The notes under the pieces: model-generated
Databases searched by the model: none
What the model saw: the letters and a program-made list of their open reading frames with translations, nothing else
What the model was told of the DNA's origin: nothing
Part shown: positions 56,715 through 64,000 of the stretch, piece by piece
How positions within the stretch are numbered: the stretch's first letter is position 1
Layout: each line of letters opens with the position of its first letter
Translations under genes and position numbers: made by a program
Assembly (NCBI GenBank): GCA_020137815.1
Contig: CM035350.1
Span: 7,564,001 to 7,628,000, forward strand
Direction of reading: 5' to 3'
Origin: Hormiphora californensis
Lineage: Eukaryota > Animalia > Ctenophora
DNA length: 64,000 nucleotides

Positions 56715-59700
56715 TCATTTATCCTTGGCGAAGGATGACATTGGATCAGCTCTCATGTGTTTCCGGAGTTTATATGCTTCCATTTCCTCTTCAGTCGGCA
56801 TGGCACCCGTGTCGGCTGCCATGGAGTTATAGGTTCTCTTCCTCTCGTCCAGACTGTCCGCCTTCTCTTGGGCACTCCGGGCATCCAGATCTTGTAATAC
56901 CTGTACAGCAGAGGGATCAATGGGGTGTCGATCATTTTAATTATATTAATTGTGCACGGTGAGCATGGGATAGATATATGGAGGGATTTGAGACAGTAAG
57001 TCAGGATCCGTGAGGGATATTGGGACATTATAATCGTATCACGATTGCAGGGGGGGGGGTGGGTAGAATGTTACAATTTATTAAGAGATAATAAAGTGGC
57101 AGGGTGAGCATGGGATAGATATACAGTCGGACCCCGATTTACCGGGATGCTCGGGGGAAAGGTTTTTGCCCGGTAAATCGGGGTGCCCGGTATATCGGGG
57201 CAAAATACTGTCAATTTCCTATATCGGGGGAAGATTATCCTCCCGGTAAATCGGGGTTCCGGTAAATCGGGGCCTGACTGTATGGACTCCATAGATATAT
57301 GGAGGGATTTGAGACAGTAAGTCAGGATCCGTGTGAGGGATATTGGCCCAATATTATTGGGACATTATAATCGTATCACGATTGCGGGGGGGGGGGGGGG
57401 GGTACCGGGTAGAATGTTACAATTTATTGAGAGATAATACCGGGTAGAATGTTACAGTTTATTGAGAGATAATACCGGGGTAGAATGTTACAATTTATTG
57501 AGAGATAATACCGGGTAGAATGTTACAGTTTATTGAGAGATAATACCGGGGTAGAATGTTACAATTTATTGAGAGATAATACCGGGTAGAATGTTACAGT
57601 TTATTGAGAGATAATACCGGGGTAGAATGTTACAATTTATTGAGAGATAATAAAGTGGCTAATGTCCAGCTATTGACTAGCACGGCTTCGCACTGCAATA
57701 TACTATTTACTTCAATCTAACTATAATATAACACTGCAGTGCACTACATACAACAAATCTTAGGACCAAAACCGGATATGTTCCAATCGACCTATCATAT
57801 CTGCATTGAACTTAACAGACAAACTATCCTTCAAAAACCGGTACTATTTCTGTTCTTAGAGGCTGAGGAATACCGGAAGGTACTCCGGTAATGCTCCCTC
57901 CCCATGTCTCCTGATTCTCTCACTGAATCGCATTTTCACGGTGGAATTCACCCTTTTCGCGTGCAAGCGGAGGGAACGCCATTCTAAAGCTCAGGCTTAA
58001 GATGGCTACTTCCTTCACTCTTCAGCAAGATTTGAGACCATCTAATGTTCGGAGGTCTCTGGAAGAAGGTGTTTTGCTTTGTGCCTTGTTGGCTCAACTC
58101 ACAATAACTCAGTGTGTTAAATGACAGCTACCTGCTACATAGAAGATAAACATTGAACCAATTCGAGGTGGTAACTGTTGAGAATAAATAAACAATGGTC
58201 AATTGGCCAAAGTATATATATTAGGTCCACCTCTCTCTCGGGGCCATGGTGTTTTTTGGTTTCTCACAAAACATGGTGGGTGAACCGTAGGAACCGGCGA
58301 TAATATCGAATCGAATCGAAAGATCGAGAGATCGGATCGAATCGAATCGAATCGAGTAGTTTTTTGAGCCCAAAGATCGAATCGAGATCGAATCGAGATT
58401 TTTTGACCGCCCAAAGATCGAATCGAGATCGAATCGAGATTTTTTGAACCCTCAAAGATCGAATCGAGATCGAATCGAAATTTTTTGAACGCTCAAAGAT
58501 CGAATCGAGATCGAATCGAAAGTTTTTGAACCCCAAAAGATCGAATCGAGATCGAATCGAAAGTTTTTTATCACCCAAAGATCGAATCGAGATCGAATCG
58601 ATATTTTTTGAACCCCGAAAAATCGAATCGTGATCGAATCGATATTTTTTGATCCCCCAAAGATCGAATCGAAATCGAATCGAAAAATTTTGATCGGTCA
58701 CCCAAAGATCGAATCGGGATCGAGAAGAAAATATCAAGAATCTTCGGTTCCTAGCCAGTAGAAACCGGCGTTTTTATAGGATCGAATCGAAGGATCGAAA
58801 GATCGAATCGAATCGAGATCGAATCGAAAGTTTTTGATCGCACAAAGATCGAATCGAGATCGAATCGATATTTTTTCATCCCCCAAAGATCGAATCGAGA
58901 TCGAATCGAAATTTTTTGAAAACCGAAAGATCGAATCGAGATCGAATCGAGATTTTTTGAAAACCGAAAGATCGAATCGAGATCGAATCGAAAGTTTTTG
59001 AACCCTCAAAGATCGAATCGAGATCGAATCGAAATTTTTTGAACGCTCAAAGATCGAATCGAGATCGAATCGAAATTTTTTGAACCCCAAAAGATCGAAT
59101 CGAGATCGAATCGAAAAATTTTGGTCGTCCAAAAAAAGATCGAGATCGAATCGAGAAAAAAATATCCGGTATCGCCGGTTCCTAGTGAACCGACACAAAA
59201 TATAGACTATTTAGTTTTGCTTGCGGGCCCCACGAAAGCAAAAAGTCAAAAGTTCTGCTAATCAAATTTCCTTGCACGAATGTGAGACTTCATCAGATTA
59301 CTAGGACACGGTCCTATTTTTCCTTGTTATACCGTACATGCAACTGTTGGTAAAGAAGTTACCCCTCCCTTGTCAGCACGCGAAGGGTTTATTTCGTAAC
59401 CAACATCACTGTAACATAACTGGTAACTTCGTGCACGCAGTTCAAGTTACTTTAAATGTTGCCTATGTGGCTGTCCTTTTCGATCAACTATTCAATTTCA
59501 AAGAAAGTTGTTTTGGCTGTTGCAAGTCTAAACATATTCCACATTGCTTTGTACTTTCTTGGTAACAACAATATAACCATTCATACAGGAAATGGCTTGT
59601 TTACGGTGCCTACTCGTTCTGGTGGTTGTAATTCCAGCAATTTCCACGAAAGGCGTTTCCCAGTGGTGTCAATACGATAACAAATTCCTGTACACCTACT

Positions 59701-62700
59701 CGTCTGGATCAAGTGCCTACCCGACCCTGGGTAAAGCCAAGGCAGCCTGTCTGGAGACGGAAGATTGTACAGGGATCACCCAAGAGCCTTCCAATGGGGG
59801 TAGATACACCCTTCGGAAGGACATGGTCCTACGTGACAGCCCCTCGGGGGAAAGAACATACGTGCCCTGTGCAGGTTACTTCTCCTGTGAAGCAATCGGC
59901 TTGAAGTCGGTCCATGGAAAGTTTCTGAGTGCCCAGACGGATGGTTCCGTCGACTGGGATAGGACTCAATATGGTGGTTGGGAAAGTATCAAGTTTGAGC
60001 AGTTTGGTAAAGACACGTTTTTCCTGAAATCAACCCATGGCAAGTACCTAGCAGCTACCCCAAGAAACAGACTGGAGTGGAACCGAAGGGCAGCTAGTAG
60101 CTGGGAGCTGTTCAAGGTATCCCAATATGAGGACAAGATCTCCCTGAAGTCAATACATGGCAAATATCTGTCCGCGCAGACCGATGGCACTGCTGACGTG
60201 GACCGAACCGCGTCTTACTCCTGGGAGTGGTTCACTGTTCACCCTCAGGAATGCCTTAACAACATTGAGTGTGACTGCAGTCAGAGCATGGACAAGGATA
60301 ATTATGAGCTAGAGAATATTGAGTACCAGGTTGAGGAAGCATTGGTTCACGAATATCCCCCGGAGACAGTGGCCTATCAGCGGATAGACAATTCGGACGG
60401 GACTACTGAACAGAATAGCAGGTTCATGGTGAGTGAGACCCTGTCTGAGTCAACCAGTTTCACCCATAAAGCTGGGGCTAGTGTGACAGTTGGAACTGAG
60501 TTCTCCACTGGAGTTCCACTCCTAGCAGAGGGTAAGGTCTCTGTGGAGATGTCTCTCAGCTACGAGTTCTCCTACGGAACTGAGAGGGTTGAGGAAAGCA
60601 CAACAGAAGCGGAGTACAAGTGTAACGCCCCGGCCGGAAAGAAAGTGAAGTGTTCAGCTCTACTGTTTCGATACCAATCATCGGTGCCCTACAAGCAGAC
60701 CTGGACCCACAAGCGACTACCCTGTTCCTGTGAGAGTTCTGGGGTATTCAGCCAGATCGCTGCTCACGAAATGCAGCTTGTAATTACCGAGGAGTGACGT
60801 CAGTGGATGAGTGTTTTGGACTTTCTAATAATTGCTAGCCTGGTAAATGAGTAATGTATAGTTTCATTTTGAATTTGTCGTTTCGTTTAGTTAAAGGAGA
60901 ATGAACGTTAGACGGGTAGAACATGCACGGTTACTAACAAGTGCTATGTTCTCTTACCTTTTTCAATCGTTCCTCTCGGGCGAGTGGGTTCTCCCTATCT
61001 TTCTTCTCCTCCTGCTTTTTTCTCTTTCTCTCTTCGATCATCTTCTCCGCGTGAATCTGAACAAAACATTCAACAATTAAGTATGTGTACTACTACCCTG
61101 ACAACTACATGTTACCCTGACAACTACATGTTACCCTGACAACTACATGTTACCCTGACAACTACATGTTACCCTGAGAACTACATGTTACCCTGACAAC
61201 TATATGTTACCCTGACAACCCTCCATACCTCCATGAGCGGTTTACTTCTGTCTGCAGCCTCTGTGTCCACACTACCATGATCCTCCATACTTCCACCCTC
61301 GTTCAGGGGCACATCAGCACCCGCAGTTCGGCCCGTGCAATAGGCCTGCTTGTAGGTGGCCCTACAGCACCTGTAGCCCCACTTGCCCTCTGAGTAGAAT
61401 GACCCATAGACGGTGGTGTGACCGTTAACGTGGATATCCTCCTGGTATTTTGACTTGGGTACCACCTTCTCTTGACCTGGGGAGGATGCGGGGGTGAGAG
61501 GAACTGGGAAGTAAAATGGTCGGCTAAACTTCACTACGATGGATGGAAATAAAGTCAGAACCGGGTCGGTCTAATATCAGTCCTATCAAAAGACCGATTG
61601 GAAAGGTTGGTTTGTTAAAAAGGTTAGGCCGGCGAGCAGAGGCGCCTAAAGGTCTGCTTCTCTGGAGTTTAGTACTTGAAATAATATTAAAAAATAATCA
61701 CAGCTGGGAGGATTCTGCGGTTGATTATTGTGTTAGTGCATGGATATCTAGAAATAACATATTAATCTTCAATTCTTCAAGTTTAGAAAATAACAGACAG
61801 ATACGTCTAGATATAGACAAGGATCCACATAATATAATAACTAAATCAATTTCCTCTCAGGACTCGGATCCTATCTTTCTCCCCTAATATCTATGCCAGG
61901 CATAGCATGCCTTGTAGTCTAATGCAATGTGTTTTCTTGATATGAAATCGTCTATCAAGATCAGATAAACTCAATCAGTCTCCATAATGCAGCCAACCGA
62001 GATATTTATTGTCCAAAACTAATTCACAATAAATAGTATGGAGACACTATAAATCCTAGATATATCGATAATATCGATGGAGCGTTTCGATATCACGATA
62101 GTTAGTCCCGGTACCAATGACATTGACAGTAACTCATTCCTAAATAGACAGATCAGATCTCACCTTTCACTATTTTTCCAGTTCGGGAATATTCCACATA
62201 CTCTTCAGTAGATGCAAAGATTAGCTCCTTGGGAGGCGCCTGCAGATGCTCTTTCCCTCCGTATCGGTCTATAATAGATTTGCTTACCTGAGCGGGAAAA
62301 ATAGATTACTTTACCAAGGAAACATATTATTGTAGTCGCCATAGCTTTTCTTTACCAAGCCACATGAATGCATCACATATAAGCCAGGTTTATGTGTTTT
62401 TTATGTCGACACCCTGACTGTCATGGTATCTTGAGGACATGTTAAATTACAGGAAAGTAGAAACATTTTGGAGAGAACTCGGGGGAAAAAAAAGAGAGGA
62501 AAAGGTTTTTGGAAATGCCGAGATAAAACTCGTATAAGGCTCTAAAGTAGAAAAAAATTAAAATCCTTAGAAAGGAGACCAACGCCCATCAAACCCCGTA
62601 CCTCTGTCTTAAAATCATCCTTCCTCTTCTCGTATTCAGTGTGAAGTAGAGCTGCCTTGGTAGGTTCCGCCTGGAGGTGCACGCTGGAGCCCCTCTGGTT

Positions 62701-63435
62701 AGCTTCCCACGCAAACAACTGGAGTTTTGATATCTCCTTAACCTGGCCATGTACTTCTCACAAAGTTCTCGCCGGAGAATGATAGCTCAGAGGGCTTCTT
62801 GTGGTCTAGCCCGGCAAGGGGGTTATCTCGCATCGACCGGGACTTGGGATCATAATGCGCCGAGGCATCGTCCAGATTCAGCAGGTACTAATAGAAAATC
62901 CTGTTAGTAAAGCAAATATAGGACACATCATAAACCAATTAACATCATGTCTAGGTACACCAAATCTTCTACCCACCTTAGCTGTGTCCTCTCTAATCCT
63001 CAGATTCCTCACTGTCTGCCTCTTCTTGTTATCAAACTTGGTCCCGGGCATGTTCGCCTGCTCTGTATATTTGTATTCATCCTCCACTATCTCTTCATCG
63101 CTATCGTCTTTAGACGGTCCTGGAGCTACCACAACAGTAGGATCATTGAGGGCCTCCGCTTTTAGATCCTGCTTCACCCTCTCTATCTTCGCAAATTCCT
63201 CCAGATACCTCTTTGTGATCGATGGCATCGTACCCCACCCAACGGTCCCTTTTACCCTCGAAATCTAGTTTGGGCATGTCCTAGGGGGAAATGGTGTTCG
63301 GTTTCATTATGTCATAAGTACTTAGGGGAATTGTGAATGGGTGTGGGCTGATTGTCATTCGTCATATTATATCGTCTAGACAAATAGTACAGTTGGCACA
63401 GACTATCACACGATGTCTCTCCCACTGTCTCTCTC

Positions 63436-63508
<73 letters not shown>

Positions 63509-64000
63509 GGCGTTTTAAAAGATAGTGGAAGGGCAGTAGTGATGCAGTGAACCACCTCAAGTGTTTTATAGACAGTGTCTGGTAAAGGGAACTGTTTAAC
63601 ACCATCAACAACAGACACACCTCTCCGGATTTTACCAGTTAATAATTCGCTAAATTCCTAAATGAACTGCTTTTAAAACTCACTGGTATGTGTTCGTCGG
63701 GTGCAAAGTCCTTGCCGGTCCACCGGGCTCCCACTTTTCGTGGTTTCTCAAGGCAGTCTATTTTCTTGTGGGTAATTGCCCCACAGTTTTGGCACGCTCC
63801 CTTCCGAAACTTGGTCGCAACTCTCTGGAATAGTAATGAGAATTTAGAAATGGATCAAAGAGGGATAAAGATAAATAGAAGCCGCTAAAAATGTCTTGAT
63901 ATGAATTGACCTAGACAATTCATTTAAAAAATTGTGGTAATTTGTTGATCAGTCTATCCCTTACGTTCGTGAGTCCTTTCTTATAGAGCTTGTCTGACAG
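56715..64000 (-). CDS. SLU7: Pre-mRNA splicing factor Slu7 (5'-partial, spliced)
   Basis: Zinc knuckle [24 protein letters not shown]; [13 protein letters not shown]; [19 protein letters not shown]; VHLQAEPTK; YVEYSRTG; [20 protein letters not shown]; last exon 56900-56715 [26 protein letters not shown]. Confidence 0.95.
57124..57280. mobile_element. Tc1/mariner/pogo-type MITE
   Basis: CAGTCGGACCCCGATTTACCGG...CCGGTAAATCGGGGCCTGACTG with TA flanks. Confidence 0.88.
57404..57652. repeat. 35/36-bp minisatellite x7
   Basis: ACCGGG(G)TAGAATGTTACARTTTATTGAGAGATAAT units. Confidence 0.93.
58288..59184. mobile_element. Non-autonomous hAT-like element filled with ~39-bp GATCGAATCGA repeats
   Basis: 15-bp TIR TAGGAACCGGCGATA / TATCGCCGGTTCCTA; 8-bp TSD GTGAACCG at 58280-58287 and 59185-59192. 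Confidence 0.9.
59592..60797 (+). CDS. Secreted aerolysin/natterin-type beta-pore-forming protein with Cys-rich N-terminal module and fascin-like beta-trefoil (intronless, nested in SLU7 intron)
   Basis: 401-aa intact ORF: signal peptide; three LKSxHGK[FY]L..W[E] repeats of ~40 aa; Ser/Thr-rich alternating segment [43 protein letters not shown] followed by APAGKKV..VPY, typical of natterin/ETX-MTX2 pore domains. Confidence 0.85.
   Translation: MACLRCLLVLVVVIPAISTKGVSQWCQYDNKFLYTYSSGSSAYPTLGKAKAACLETEDCTGITQEPSNGGRYTLRKDMVLRDSPSGERTYVPCAGYFSCEAIGLKSVHGKFLSAQTDGSVDWDRTQYGGWESIKFEQFGKDTFFLKSTHGKYLAATPRNRLEWNRRAASSWELFKVSQYEDKISLKSIHGKYLSAQTDGTADVDRTASYSWEWFTVHPQECLNNIECDCSQSMDKDNYELENIEYQVEEALVHEYPPETVAYQRIDNSDGTTEQNSRFMVSETLSESTSFTHKAGASVTVGTEFSTGVPLLAEGKVSVEMSLSYEFSYGTERVEESTTEAEYKCNAPAGKKVKCSALLFRYQSSVPYKQTWTHKRLPCSCESSGVFSQIAAHEMQLVITEE
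61092..61219. repeat. 19-bp minisatellite (ACTACATGTTACCCTGACA) in SLU7 intron
   Basis: About 6.5 tandem units. Confidence 0.9.

Noticed and set aside
56753-57028. 91-aa minus-strand ORF as an independent gene
   Set aside because: Wrong-frame overlap of the SLU7 terminal exon.
58288-59184. CRISPR-like regular repeats with short variable linkers, and RFD-rich ORFs
   Set aside because: Linkers are ~15 bp and mutually similar, there are no cas genes, the context is eukaryotic, and the array is bounded by TIRs and a TSD.

Overview
Eukaryotic (animal) genomic DNA with compact GT-AG introns, many (GA)n microsatellites and many non-autonomous DNA transposons. A ctenophore origin is a plausible inference from gene content and repeat style but is unproven. 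Genes left to right: (1) a spliced minus-strand gene for an unusual multidomain surface protein: signal peptide, papain/C1A protease, C-type lectin, 3 sushi-like modules, hydrophobic GPI/TM tail; (2) an MFS transporter; (3,4) two tandem intronless Shaker-family Kv channels with a non-canonical TGIGYG filter and no PVP gate; (5) a KIF28/KLP-6-type kinesin-3 ending in the CaaX box CVIM; a cluster of LINE and foldback elements upstream of it; (6) an SLC22-like transporter; (7) SLU7, whose 4-kb last intron hosts (8) an antisense, intronless, secreted beta-trefoil + aerolysin/natterin-type pore-forming protein, the strongest candidate for an undescribed system. Several single-base homopolymer frameshifts in otherwise intact genes suggest consensus errors. 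Exon boundaries were read by hand and no database search was run.
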